This document shows positions 34,039 through 48,883 of a stretch of DNA of 64,000 nucleotides, piece by piece. The DNA comes from the human T2T-CHM13v2.0 reference genome, Homo sapiens, in assembly GCF_009914755.1 (NCBI RefSeq), contig NC_060929.1; one strand, given 5' to 3'. Below the pieces are notes generated by a model, which was not told the DNA's origin, ran no database searches, and was given only the letters and a program-made list of their open reading frames with translations. The position numbers were made by a program, and so were the translations under genes. Numbering within the stretch: the first letter of the stretch is position 1; each line of letters begins with the position of its first letter.

Positions 34039-35103
34039 TCTAGTCCTATCCTCACGGAACTTTCATTGTAATGAGGGAAGACTGACTATAAACAAAATAT
34101 ATGTAATAGGTGGTGGTAAGTACCGTGGAGAAGTAACAAATGGGGCAAAGTGAGTTATACAGCTCCATCCTTAGAAACCTTGGAGTACTTTTCTTAGTTT
34201 ATACTCGTGGTGGTTTCCTTTTGTCTCCTTTATTACATGGGACTCTGACATGTGCCCATAGCTAGGGTGGCAGTAGGATCTACCCGAAAAGCGTCCTGCT
34301 GATACAGGACCAAAGCATCCTGTTGTTCTCGAGCCTATAAAAAGAGCTAATGGTCTTGCTTCTCTTAACTGTGGCCTCCTACACTGTGTTTTGGATGATT
34401 GGTGATGTCTTGGATATTCTGTTTCTTTGGAACTTTGAATATACAACACTTTACTAGGGAATTAGCAATGGAAGCAGAGCAAAGATGTACAGAGGAAACA
34501 ATGCATAACTCTGATGGAATTGAAGTCATGAGGCAGCAGAGAGCTTAAATTAGAGCTTTAAAAATTTTTATTTTTTAGAGGGAATTTAATTGGGAGTAAC
34601 AGCAGTAATAGTTAACGGAGCCAGAATGCTTGAGTCATATAATTGCAAAGCAGAGTTGGGAGCAACAGATGCTAAAGAGTAGTTGCTGTAGTTCCTCTTT
34701 GGGTCGTAGGAGCAGTTGTCATGTTACTATATAGCTACTGAATGAAGAAGAGTTCTTAGTGAGGCCTGGGTGAACAGCTCTTCTTAGTATTCTGTGTGAC
34801 CCCATTTGACCTTTTAACAAATCCCTAAGAAAATAAATAGCCCCTAAGGTAAACTAAGTTTTTCTCTGCTATTTTTTTGCTTGAGAGAGCTATAACTGTA
34901 GTAGACTTATATTTCTGAACATTTTAGTGCTTGCCAATATTTGGTAATATTTATGTTTCCTATATTTGTAATGAACATTCTTCTTCCGGTACATTTTTTG
35001 TTAAATTATTGTTTCATGCATAAAAGTTCACCTTTTATTGTATAAAATTGACTCAGATTAATTTATACACATTGACAATGGGTAAATAGAGCTTTTCAGA
35101 TTA

Positions 35104-37791
35104 TTAAAAGCTGAAGGATGCCCATGTAAGCAAAAACAAAAAAGAAAAAACCAACAAAAATAAACCCAAACCCCTCAAACAATTTCGAACACAAAACATT
35201 CTTCTCACGCCGGCATCCCTGCTTGCAGGTGTGAGGGGGGCAGGAATCAGCGAGGTGTCCTGGGCTGAGTCCCCGGAGTGGGAAGAGGTGGCAGGAAGGG
35301 GATCTGAGGAGGAGAACAGGGGTCCTGGTGGTCTGTGCTTCTTCCCAGACACGGGAGCTGTAGAGGAGACCTCTGCAGCAGATGCTAGGGGGGCCACTAG
35401 GCCTAGGCAGTCTTGGGACTTGGGTCTGTCCTGCTGTGCATCCACAGTGGGTGCTTTAGAAAGGGGAGGCCCACGCGAAGCCCCCGTTGCAAGTGAGGAC
35501 AAAGTGTGGGAAGGCCGTGAGGGTCTGCAGTCCGAGATGGCCTTGCCCTCAACGTGCAGTGCACTGTTGATGTGGGGCCTAGAGGCCTGGGATCTGGGGG
35601 AGCCACCCCTGGGGGCGAGTGTCTGCCCTGGTGCTGTATCTGCCTTTTGACAGCGGGTGTGACCCGAAGAGACAGCCTGAGGTCCGTCCTCACTCACTGT
35701 GTTTGAGGAACTGAGGGCCAGCTGGCAGTGGCATGAGGCTGGCCCCCTCCTCCGCTTTAGTTCCGGGAGGCCTTCCGTAGAACTGTGGGAGCTGGAGCTG
35801 GCATTTCCTTGGAGGCAGGATCTGGTCCGGGAGGTCTGGGATCTCTGGTTATATCTCACTTCTGACCTCTGGGCACGTGCTGCAGCTGTGGCTGAGGCCA
35901 AGAAATGTGAGGGGCCTCCATTCACTGCATTGAGTAGTGACCCCGACGTGGGGTTCAATGTGGAGGGGGGAGGGGCTGCTGCTGCAGCTGCAGGAGCGGA
36001 GGTGCCAGGCCTTGTTCTTCTCATGCTGGCATCCCTGCTTGCAGCTGTGAAGGGGGCAGGAATCAGCGAGGTGACCTGGGCTGAGTCCCGGGAGTGGGAA
36101 GAGGTGGCAGGAAGGGGATCTGAGGAGGAGAACAGGGGTCCTGGTGGTCTGTGCTTCTTCCCAGACACGGGAGCTGTAGAGGAGACCTCTGCAGCAGATG
36201 CTAGGGGGGCCACTAGGCCCAGGCAGTCTTGGGACTTGGGTCTGTCCTGCTGTGCATCCATAGTGGGTGCTTTAGAAACGGGAGGCCCACCCGAAGCCCC
36301 CGTTGCAAGTGAGGACAAAGTGTGGGAAGGCCGTGAGGGTCTGCAGTCCGAGATGGCCTTGTCCTCAACGTGCAGTGCACTGTTGATGTGGGGCCTAGAG
36401 GCCTGGGATCTGGGGGAGCCACCCCTGGGGGCGAGTGTCTGCCCTGGTGCTGTATCTGCCTTCTTTTCACAGCGGTGACCCGTAGAGACAGCCTGAGCTC
36501 CGTCCTCACTCACTGTCTTTGAGGAACTGTGGGCCAGCTGGCAGTGGGATGAGGCTGGCCCCCTCCTCCGCTTTAGTTCCGGGAGGCCTTCCGTAGAGCT
36601 GTGGGAGCTGGAGCTGGCATTTCGTTTGAGGCAGGATCTGGTCCGGGAGGTCTGGGATCTCTGGTTATATCTCACTTCTGACCTCTGGGCACGTGCTGCA
36701 GCTGTGGCTGAGGCCAAGAAATGTGAGGGGCCTCCATCCACTGCATTGAGTAGTGACCCCGACGTGGGGTTCAATGTGGAGGGGGGAGGGGCTGCTGCGG
36801 CAGCTGCAGGGGCCGACCTTGTTCTTCTCATGCCGGCATCCCTGCTTGCAGCTGTGAAGGGGGCAGGAATCATCGAGGTGACCTGGGCTGAGTCCCGGGA
36901 GTGGGAAGAGGTGGCAGGAAGGGTATCTGAGGAGGAGAACAGGGGTCCTGGTGGTCTCTGCTTCTTCCCAGACACGGGAGCTGTAGAGGAGACCTCTGCA
37001 GCAGATGCTAGGGGGGCCACTAGGCCCAGGCAGTCTTGGGACTTGGGTCTGTCCTGCTGTGCATCCATAGTGGGTGCTTTAGAAAGGGGAGGCCCACCCG
37101 AAGCCCCTGTTGCAAGTGAGGACAAAGTGTGGGAAGGCCGTGAGGGTCTGCAGTCCGAGATGGCCTTGTCCTCAACGTGCAGTGCACTGTTGATGCGCTG
37201 GAATGCTGCCTGTTTTTCCAGGTGCAGGTCTTCCGCCGTGACCCGGTACCCCAGCTCTAAGGGAGGTGGCAGCATCAAAGGCTCCCCTCGCCTGCTTGGC
37301 AGCAGGGGAATCTTGCGTCTACGGGGCCTAGAGGCCTGGGATCTGGGGGAGCCACCCCTTGGGGCGAGTGTCTGCCCTGGTGCTGTATCTGCCGCCTTTT
37401 CACACCGTGTGTGACCCGAAGAGACAGCCTGAGGCCTGTCCTCACTCACTGTCTTTGAGTAACTGAGGGTCAGCTGGCAGCGGGATGAGGCTGGTCCCCT
37501 CCTCTGCTTTAGCCCCGGCAAGCCTCCCGTGGAGCTGTAGGAGCTGGAGATGGCATTTCGTTTTGTGCTCGAGCTCGTCCAGGATGTCTGGGATGTCTGG
37601 TTATATCTGATTTCTGAGCTCTGGGCATCGAGGTCTGTCTGCAGAGGCCCGGGCCTGGGCACAAAGGGAGAGAGGCCTCCATTGTCCCGCAGGGGCCAAA
37701 ATGCAGACCGTGCATCCCCGGTGACCTCGGGGACCGTTCTCTGATCAGCAGGATTTTCTTGGACTCTGGGGTCCTTGTCCTGCTCAGGCAT
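35104..37791 (-). CDS. Intronless POM121-like protein, 895 aa, with ~270-aa internal repeats and a hydrophobic C-terminal tail (coding status unproven)
   Basis: First ATG at 37791 (gggATGc); frame open up to 38115. POM121-family motifs SAFWPLRDNG..FVPRPGPL, RNAISSSYSSTGG, RRRKIPLLPSRRGEPLMLPPPLELGYRVTAEDLHLEK. TAA TAA stop; minus-strand AATAAA at 35034-35039. Confidence 0.75.
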   Translation of the reverse strand: MPEQDKDPRVQENPADQRTVPEVTGDARSAFWPLRDNGGLSPFVPRPGPLQTDLDAQSSEIRYNQTSQTSWTSSSTKRNAISSSYSSTGGLPGLKQRRGPASSRCQLTLSYSKTVSEDRPQAVSSGHTRCEKAADTAPGQTLAPRGGSPRSQASRPRRRKIPLLPSRRGEPLMLPPPLELGYRVTAEDLHLEKQAAFQRINSALHVEDKAISDCRPSRPSHTLSSLATGASGGPPLSKAPTMDAQQDRPKSQDCLGLVAPLASAAEVSSTAPVSGKKQRPPGPLFSSSDTLPATSSHSRDSAQVTSMIPAPFTAASRDAGMRRTRSAPAAAAAAPPPSTLNPTSGSLLNAVDGGPSHFLASATAAARAQRSEVRYNQRSQTSRTRSCLKRNASSSSHSSTEGLPELKRRRGPASSHCQLAHSSSKTVSEDGAQAVSTGHRCEKKADTAPGQTLAPRGGSPRSQASRPHINSALHVEDKAISDCRPSRPSHTLSSLATGASGGPPVSKAPTMDAQQDRPKSQDCLGLVAPLASAAEVSSTAPVSGKKHRPPGPLFSSSDPLPATSSHSRDSAQVTSLIPAPFTAASRDASMRRTRPGTSAPAAAAAAPPPSTLNPTSGSLLNAVNGGPSHFLASATAAARAQRSEVRYNQRSQTSRTRSCLQGNASSSSHSSTEGLPELKRRRGPASCHCQLALSSSNTVSEDGPQAVSSGHTRCQKADTAPGQTLAPRGGSPRSQASRPHINSALHVEGKAISDCRPSRPSHTLSSLATGASRGPPLSKAPTVDAQQDRPKSQDCLGLVAPLASAAEVSSTAPVSGKKHRPPGPLFSSSDPLPATSSHSGDSAQDTSLIPAPLTPASRDAGVRRMFCVRNCLRGLGLFLLVFSFLFLLTWASFSF
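35205..37620. repeat. ~0.81-kb GC-rich tandem repeat (about 3 units here; about 4 units at ~54683-57905)
   Basis: Recurrent blocks such as ggaatc.gcgaggtgacctgggctgagtcc at ~810-nt spacing. Confidence 0.92.
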
Positions 37792-38885
37792 CCCTGCCCT
37801 GCTCTCCTTGAGGGCCCTCAACACTATCTTCCCTGGACACAAGTCTGGGGACAGCCGGGTGTTGAGGACCCCAAAGGGGTGACTACCTGCTCCTGGGCCC
37901 CACAGAGTCCTTGTGCTCAGTGTAGTGGCTGAGCTGGGGGATGCCCTGGAATTCGGAGCACACAGCACTGGCTTACTGTGGTACCTGTGCAGTGAAATTG
38001 GAGACAGAATCACCAGGATGGAACACAGGTCTTGCAGGATCACGGAAAACCTTCTTAGAGTTGTCTTGACACCACTGATGTTGAGTGTCCGGGTGTTTGT
38101 AGGATGGCCTGCCACTCAGTCCAGGGGCAGGAGCAACGGGGAGATCCCACAAGCAAAGTGAACTGGGCGATGGGCTGAAGGGGCTCTAGGCAACTGAGCC
38201 CTACTCGCAGGTCCTCGGCCTTGGCCCAAACAGGAATGAGGGGCACAGAGTGCCCGGGTAACCGCTCCTGGGAGCAGTGGGGAACTGTCGGATACTTGAA
38301 CTCTCGAGAGCTGGGCTCTGAGCGTCCTCGTCCAGCTGCCAACTTGGCCAAAGGCTAAGCCAGCAGATTGTTCTGTTGCCGGGCGACGCGACTTCTAAAC
38401 CTGAGGGAGTGGGCATGTGAGCACATAATGGCACCAGTGACAGAGCGACCATAATGGATTAATAAGCGCAGCCAGGTACCCGCGCAAGGCACTTGCTGGC
38501 AATGGCAGGAGGCGGACGTGGGGGGGGTCGTGCAATAGGTACTGGAGGGAGAGACGTGGGCACAAAGGTCGCGGGAGGAACAGGTGCCCACAATGGCTGC
38601 AGATCTGCCCGTGGATCACTGAAGATTCCTGCTCTCCTGCTGAGGTGGAGACTGCAGTGAGCTGAGATCGCACCATTGCACTCCAGCCTGGGCAACGAGT
38701 GCAAAACTCAGTCTCCAGATAAAAAAAAGAAAAAGAAAAAAAAGAGGCCGGGTGTGGTGGCTTATGCCTATAATCCTAGCACTTTGGGAGGTCGGGGTGG
38801 ACGGATCACGAGATCAGGAGTTGGAGGCCAGCCTGGCCAACATAGTGAAACCCCGTCTCTAGTAAAAATACAAAATTTAGTCAGA

Positions 38886-41001
38886 CATGGTGGGCAGGAG
38901 AGAGCATGTGCAGGGGAACATCCATTTATAAAACCATCAGACCTCATGAGACTTATTCACTACCATGAGAACAGCATGGGGGAAACTGCCTCCATGATTC
39001 AGTTATCTCCACCTGGCCCCACCCTTGACACATGGGAATTGTTACAATTCAAGATGAGATTTGGGTGGGGACAGAGCCAAACCATATAATTCTTCCCCGG
39101 CCCCTCCCAAATCTCATGTCCTCATATTTCAAAAGCAATCGTGCCTTCCCCTAAGTCCCCCAAACTCTTATTTCAGCATTAACTCAAAATTCCATAGTCC
39201 AAAGTCTCATCTGAGACAAGGCAAGTCCCTTCCACCTGTGAGCCTGTAAAACCAAAAGCAAGTTAGTTATTTTCTAGATACACAGGGATACAGGCATTGG
39301 GTAAATACACCCGTTTCAAACGGGAGAAATTGGCCAAAGCGAAAGAGCTACAGGCCCCATGCAAGTCCAAAACCCAGCAGGCAAATCTTAGAGCTCCAAA
39401 ATGACCTCCTTTGACTCCATGTGTCACATCTAGGTGATGCAAGAAGTGGGTTCCCAGGGTCTTGGGCAGCCCCGCCCCTGTGGCTTTGCAGGGTACAGCC
39501 CCCCCTTCTGGCTGCATTGAGTGTCTGCAGCTTTTCCAGGCACACAGTGCAAGCTGTCAGTGGATCTACCATTCTGGGGTCTGGAGGATGGTGGCCCTTT
39601 TGTGACAGCTCTGCTTGGCAGTACCCCAGTGGGGACTCTGTGTGGGGGCTCCAACCCCATATTTCCCTTTGACACTGCCCTAGCAGAGGTTATCCATGAG
39701 GGCCCCCCGCTGCCCCGCACAGCAAACTTTTGCCTGGATTTCCAGGCATTTTCATACATCTTCTGAAATCTAGGCGGAGGTTCATGAACGTTAATTCTTG
39801 ACTTCGGTGCATCTGCAGGCTTAACACCACCTAGAACCTGAAAGGCTTGGAACTTGCACCCTCTGAAGCCATGGCCTGAGGTGTACCTTGGCCCCTTTTA
39901 CCTATGGCAGGAGCAGCTGGGATGCAGGGCACCAGGTTCCTAGGCTGCACACAGCAGGGGGTTCTGGACTCACAAGAGCATTTTTCCTTCTAAGCCTCCT
40001 GGCCTGTGATGGGAGGGTCTGCTGTGAGGGTCTCTAACATGCCCTGGAGACATTTGCCCCATTGTCTTGGTGATTAACATTTGGCTCCTCATTACTTATG
40101 CAAATTTCTACAACCCAGTCTCCTGAGAAAATAGATTTTTCTTTTCTGTTGCATCATCAGGCTACAAATTTTCTGAACTTTTATGCTCTGCTTCTTCTCG
40201 AATGCTTTGCTGCTTAGAAATTTCTTCTGTCAGATACCTTAAATCATCTCTCTCAAGTTCAAAGTTCCACAGATCTCTAGGGAACTCTAGAAAAAAATTC
40301 TTATTTTCACTCTTTCCCGCCTATCTTATGCCCGTTTCTAACACAGGTGCACAGTGCCTGCAGTGTCTTTGCATAGTAAGAGTGACTTTACTCCATTTCC
40401 CAACAAATTCCTCATCTCCCTCTGAGACCACCTCCGCCTGGACCTTATTGTCCATATCACTATTAACATTTTGGTCAAAGCCATTCAACAAGTCTCTAGG
40501 AAGTTCCAAACTTTCCCACATTTTCCTATCCTCTTCTGAGCCTTCCAAACTGTTCCAGCCTCTCCCTGTTACCCATTTCCAAAGTTGCTTCCACATGTTC
40601 GGGTATCTTTACAGCAGCACCCCACTCTACTGGTATCAACTTATTGTATTAGTCTGTTCTCACACTGCAAATAAAGACATACCTGAGACTGGGTAATTTA
40701 TAAAGGAAAGAGGTTGAATTGACTCACAGTTCTGCATGGCTGGGGAGGCCTCACAATCATGGTGGAAGGCAAGGAGGTGCAAAAGCATGTCTCACATAGT
40801 GGCAGGCAGGAGAGAGCATGTGCAGGGGAGCTCCCATTTATAAAACCATCAGATCTCATGAGACTTAGTCACTACCACGAGAACAGTATGGGGGGAACCA
40901 TCCCCATGATTCAGTTATCTGCACCTGGCCCCACCCTTGACACGTGGGAATTATTACAATGCAAGGTGAGATTTAGGTGGGGACCCATCCAAACTATGTC
41001 A
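38886..41001 (-). mobile_element. THE1 (MaLR) element: 5' LTR 40645-41001, internal region, truncated 3' LTR 38886-39089; copy at 59171-61286
   Basis: Two homologous LTRs around a MaLR internal region (GRGWNSLEGSEEDRKMWESLEL). Confidence 0.9.
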
Positions 41002-41433
41002 GTATGTTTTGACTTCTGGCTTGATTGCTAGGTTGCATGGAGGACAAACATGGAAATTAATGAAGTACCTTAATATCTGGCTTCAGATCTTAGACAGGAT
41101 CAGAGGGCCAGCTCAAATTTGCAAGGAGGGGAGGTAGATCCCACCATTTTATGGGTGAATGGCAAAATCAAGCAGAAATTATGTGGGACGGGAGATACTG
41201 ATGCAGGCATCTTTGGAAACATTCTACTTAGCTAATTTTATGCTAGGCTTTAGGTCAAGAAGGAGAGAGAGAGCTGACATGCTGTGGTACACACTTATAG
41301 TCCCAGCGACTTGGAAAGCTGAGGCAGGAGGATTGCTTGATCCCAGGAGTTTGAGGTAGTGTGCGATGATCGTTCTTGTGAATAGCCACTAGCCACTGAA
41401 CTCCAGCTTGGGCAACATTGAGACACCCTGTCT

Positions 41434-41472
<39 letters not shown>

Positions 41473-42135
41473 AGGAAAGAAAGTGGTCTCAGTTTTTAAT
41501 GTAAATATTTTTAATGGGATAATGATATTTTAAGATTAATGTATATTGTATATCAGTTAACTATAGGTCAATAATTATATAAAACTTAAGGTACGAAAAA
41601 CATTTATTTTTGCTAACATATCCGTGAGTTGACTGTTCTTGGCTTGGTGAGGCTGCAAGCTGCAGATAGAGTCTAGGTATGATTTCTGTGTGTTTGTTCC
41701 CCCTTGGATCAGTGGACTACCTGAGAATGTGTTTTTGTCACAGTGATAGAATCACAAGGAAACTCCAGTTCTGGAAGTACATTTTAAGCCATTGCTTCTA
41801 TCATGTCCACTAACATTCAGTCAGCCAAAGCACATACCTTGTCCATGGCTAACATTGATAGTATAGATAAATATACCTGATCTCTAGCAGGAGGAACTGC
41901 ATTGTCTTGGGGAAAGGTTTTAGATATAGGGAGGGGTGATGAGTTGGGAACAATAATGTAGTCTGCCACAAACATATTAAAGTGTAACTGGATATGGTTG
42001 CTGCAGAATTTTGAACCTTTGTTTTAATTGTGATTTTTACTCTTTTCCCCCTATCTAGTGCCCTTTTGTAATACAGTAATTCTCATGATTTTTGTCTGAA
42101 TTGAAATCTTCTGAGATTAGATTGTCTACGAAAAT

Positions 42136-43120
<985 letters not shown>

Positions 43121-43258
43121 TATGTTGAACCCTAGTGAAATGCCTCTCAAACCCTCCTAAGGATCACAATCTCATGTCCTTTTTTTTGTTATTAAATGCC
43201 CAGTATGTGTTAGCGATTTAAACAAAATTCAAATATTTTTTTTTTTTTTTTTTTTTGA

Positions 43259-43549
<291 letters not shown>

Positions 43550-44379
43550 TAATAATAACCATTCTGACTGGTGTGAGATGGTATGCCATTGTGGTTTTGA
43601 TTTGCATTTCTCTAATGATCAGTGATATTGGGCTTTTTTTCATATGCTTGTTGGCCGCATGTGTGTCTTCTTTTGAAGTGTCTGTTTATGTCCTTTGCCC
43701 ACTTTCTAATGAGATTTTTTTTTTCTTGTAAATTTGTTTAAGTTCCTTATCAGTGTTGGACATTAGATCTTTGTCACATGCATTGTTGCAACAATTTTCT
43801 CCTATTCTGTAGGTTGTCTGTTCACTCTGTTGATAGTTTCTTCTGCTGTGCAGAAGCTTCAAGAAGAAAGGAATCCGATTGGTTCTGTGTCTGTCTCTTT
43901 TGGTATTCTCAGACTTATGTAGTCATCCATATAGAAAGGTGATTAGGAAAATAGGACAAGAATAGCAGAAATCTACATAAAAATGTAGGAAATTAAAATT
44001 AGTTACCAGCATACAAAAAACTACTATATGTTATAATTACATACTATAACTCACCCCTCCTTGCCAAATATTCTCTCTCTTTTGACTTCAAAATCATGGC
44101 TTATATGTACTTTCTCTATTTCCCAGATGCAAATATAATTAATTGACTTTATTTATCTAGGAAATATTACTGATATCTTAATTGTAGTCATTGGCTTGAG
44201 TGACGGGTTTTGGTAATTCAACTACTATTACTTGAAAGTAGTAGATTTCATAAGATACTGTTATAAAATCTTTTTAACCTCTTTTCTGATTTCAGGAGTA
44301 ATTAGTAATTGTGGTTTACTGGAAAATTCAATGAATAGCGTGTTAAAGGAAGCAATTCGTTAATAATATATCTAATCTA

Positions 44380-44990
<611 letters not shown>

Positions 44991-45098
44991 CAACAGAAGC
45001 AAATGAGAGTGCCTGGGAGTGGTCATTGTGGGGCATTCCTGTTTGTGTGACCCAGGTCATGTCCCTCCCTAAGCCCTGGTCTCTCTTGCCTCCTGCAG

Positions 45099-45286
45099 GG
45101 CTGGTGAATTACCAGATCTCCGTCAAGTGCAGTAACCAGTTCAAGTTGGAAGTGTGTCTTTTGAAATCAGAAAACAAAGTCGTGGACAACCAGGCTGGGA
45201 CCCAGGGCCAGCTGAAGGTGCTGGGTGCCAACCTCTGGTGGCCGTACCTGATGCACGAACACCCCGCCTACCTGTACTCGTGGGAG
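45099..45286 (+). pseudogene. GUSBP: GUSB-derived exon 5 (LVNYQISVK...[18 protein letters not shown])
   Basis: ctgcag acceptor, GAG|GTAATG donor; 188 nt, open; matches recalled beta-glucuronidase sequence. Confidence 0.93.
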
Positions 45287-45445
45287 GTAATGGTGGTTTG
45301 GGACTTGCTTAAGGGAGGTCTTTTGCTCCCATCTGGTAGCCCTGGCTTCAGCAGGAGCCCAGGACAGGTGAACGGGCAGGTGTGGTCCTCTGAGCTTTTC
45401 TGAGCTTTCTGATGTTTCCCACCCTTGGTGGGAGGCCCAGATTTT

Positions 45446-45484
<39 letters not shown>

Positions 45485-45711
45485 TTTGTGATGGTCTCAC
45501 TGTGTCACCCAGGCTGGAACGCAATGGCCTGATCACAGCTCACTGCAGCTTTGAGCTGCAATCCTCCTCCCTTGGCCTCCTGAGTAGCTGGGACTACAGG
45601 CACATGCCACCATGCCTGGCTAATTAAAAACATTTTTTTTGTAGGCCGGGCATGGTGGCTCACGCCTGTAATCCCAGCACTTCGGGAGGCTGACGCGGGC
45701 GGATCACTTTA

Positions 45712-45957
<246 letters not shown>

Positions 45958-46254
45958 TTACTAGGTTGCCCAGGCTGGTCTTGAACTCCTGGACTCAGGT
46001 GATCCTCCTGCCTTAGCGTCCCAAAGTGTAGGGATTCCAGGCATGAGCCACCTCGTCTGGTCAAGGAGAAGGCCTGATTTTGAAGGGCAGGTCCCAGGGC
46101 CAGCCAGTGAAGGGCAGAGCCTCTGATTGCTGCTTCTCTGCAGGCCCAGAGGCGACTTCTGGGGTGCATGCACGAGGGGTCTTCCTGCTGTAGGGCAGGC
46201 CAGATGGGGCTCAGGCTGTCGGGGCGCTCACACCTGGCGCTTTGGCTGTCATAG

Positions 46255-46346
46255 GTGCGGCTGACTGCACAGAAGTCACTGGGGCCTTTGACTTCTACAC
46301 ACTCCCTGTGGGGCTCCGCACTGTGCCCGTCACCGAGAGCCAGTGG
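46255..46346 (+). pseudogene. GUSBP: GUSB-derived exon 6, 5' part only, frameshifted
   Basis: catag acceptor; VRLTAQKSLGP, then a ~4-nt deletion relative to GUSB; homology ends at gagagccagt; candidate donor TGG|GTGAGA. Confidence 0.8.
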
Positions 46347-47306
46347 GTGAGAGCCAGTTTCATTTGTGGTAGAGGCAGCAGAGGTTGTAGAAATGCTCCT
46401 TGAGGCAGATGCCACACCCCAGTTTCATGGAGTGATTTGGGCTGAGCCGAGTCTGCAGCAGGCAGAAGGCTCTGAGATGTTGTCCTAGCCTGGGCAGAGG
46501 ACAATTCAGAGCTCGGGGGAATAGGGGTGTGCTCAGCACGACTGGGTGGACAGGCCCTTTGTTGTGAATCGTACAGGCTTCCAGGAGCCGGTGCCTGAGG
46601 CTTCCAGACAGGCTTTGGGAGGTGGCCAGAGGAGATGCCTGTTTCCGGGGCAGGAAATGGAGGGAGCGCCCAGGCTGGAGAGGTTCAGCCAGGCTGTCAC
46701 AAGGCTTTGAAGCTTCCCATCTGAGAGCCTGGCTATTGGAGAGTGTGGGTTTGGAACTTGAGGCTAGGAGGTTCTGTTCTGTCCTGTGCCAGCCACAGCC
46801 TTCGGATGGGCAGAGCAATGATGGGGGGAAGATGTAAAAGAAAAGAACTGAGGAAAGAAGAAGAAAACCAGCTTCAACAACAGTCTAGGCCGGATGCGGT
46901 GGGTCACGCCTGTAATCCCAGCAGTTTGGGAGGCTGAGGTGGGTGGATCACCTGAGGTCAGGAGTTCGAGACCAGCCTGGTCAACAGGTAGTGAATCCTG
47001 TCTCTACTAAAAATACAAAAATTAGCTGGGCATGGTGGTGGACGTCTGTAATCCCAGCTACTAGGTAGGCTGAGGCAGGAGAACCGCCTCAGGTGAACCA
47101 GGAGGCAGAGATTGCAGTGAGCTGAGATAATGCCACTGCATTCCAGCCTGGGCTACAGAATGAGACTCTGTATCTCAAAAAAACAAAACAAAACAAAAAC
47201 ACAACAGTCTGTTCTGTGGAGGCCTTGGGCAGATGCTGGGAGCTCTGAGCACAGACTGGTCCCTCTGTTGGGAGCCTCTTCCCTTCATCCCTCCTGGTTA
47301 ACTTGA

Positions 47307-47831
<525 letters not shown>

Positions 47832-48395
47832 TGAGCTCGTGATCCACCTGCCCTGGCCTCCCAAAGTGCTCACAGGCTTGAGCCACCATGCCCGGCCCTA
47901 ATTTTTAAATTTGTTGTAGAAACAAGGTCTTGCTATGTTGCCCAGGCTGGTCTCAAGCACCTGGTCTCAAGTAAGCCTCCCAAAGTGCTGGGGTTCTAGG
48001 CGTGAGCCACCTCGCCTGGCGCTTGCACCGTTTTTCTGTGCATGCATCTCCACTCCCACTGCCCAGGACCTGTGGACTTAGATTTGAGTCATTACTGAGC
48101 ACCTAGCACCCAGCCTCATGCCTGCCTCCCACCTCGCACTACCTGTTTGCTTGATGCATTAATAAATATTCCACCTGAATCCACAGCCCATTCACTCCTG
48201 TGTTCAAGGGCTATTTCAGGAAGTGAACCTCATTTTTGGCAGTGTTCAGTCCAGTGACCTCAGCTCTGTGTACCTGGCAGGGTGGCTACGCCTCTGGGGG
48301 AATTGGATTCAGGGGTGGGGGAGAAAGAGTGTTGTTAGAGAGCTTGGTCTAGGACTAGAGGAACGTGCCCTTATGTAAAATACATCTCAAGTTAG

Positions 48396-48635
<240 letters not shown>

Positions 48636-48883
48636 TAAGCCTGGCTAATTTTTGTATATTTAGTAGAAATGGGGTTTTGCCATGTTGGCCAGGCTGTTCT
48701 TGAACTCCTGACCTCAGTGATCTGCCTGCCTCAGCCTCCTGAAGTGCTGGGATTACAGATGTGAGCCATCATGCCTGGCCCCCAGTTGTGTTCTGGCAGG
48801 GGAAGATGGGACAGAGAGGATGGGAGGGTGTCTGAGCCTTTCCCGGACTGACGGAACCTGTGTCTTCTCTCTTTTGTGGACAG

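Noticed and set aside
35231-37414. Plus-strand ORFs of 139-262 aa (and copies at 54.7-57.7 kb)
   Set aside because: Antisense shadows of the GC-rich POM121-like repeat; no recognisable homology.
35205-37620. CRISPR-like or viral repeat array
   Set aside because: Units are ~0.8 kb, contiguous, lack unique spacers and lie in primate genomic context.
37792-38115. 108-aa N-terminal extension giving the 1003/1272-aa ORFs in the track
   Set aside because: It starts at GTG, not ATG. Some POM121 similarity (PDLCPGKIVLRALKE) extends here, but there is no evidence for non-AUG initiation, so CDSs are called from the first ATG.
40202-40696. 164-aa and 91-aa ORFs in the THE1 internal region
   Set aside because: Remnants of the MaLR internal region, not host genes.
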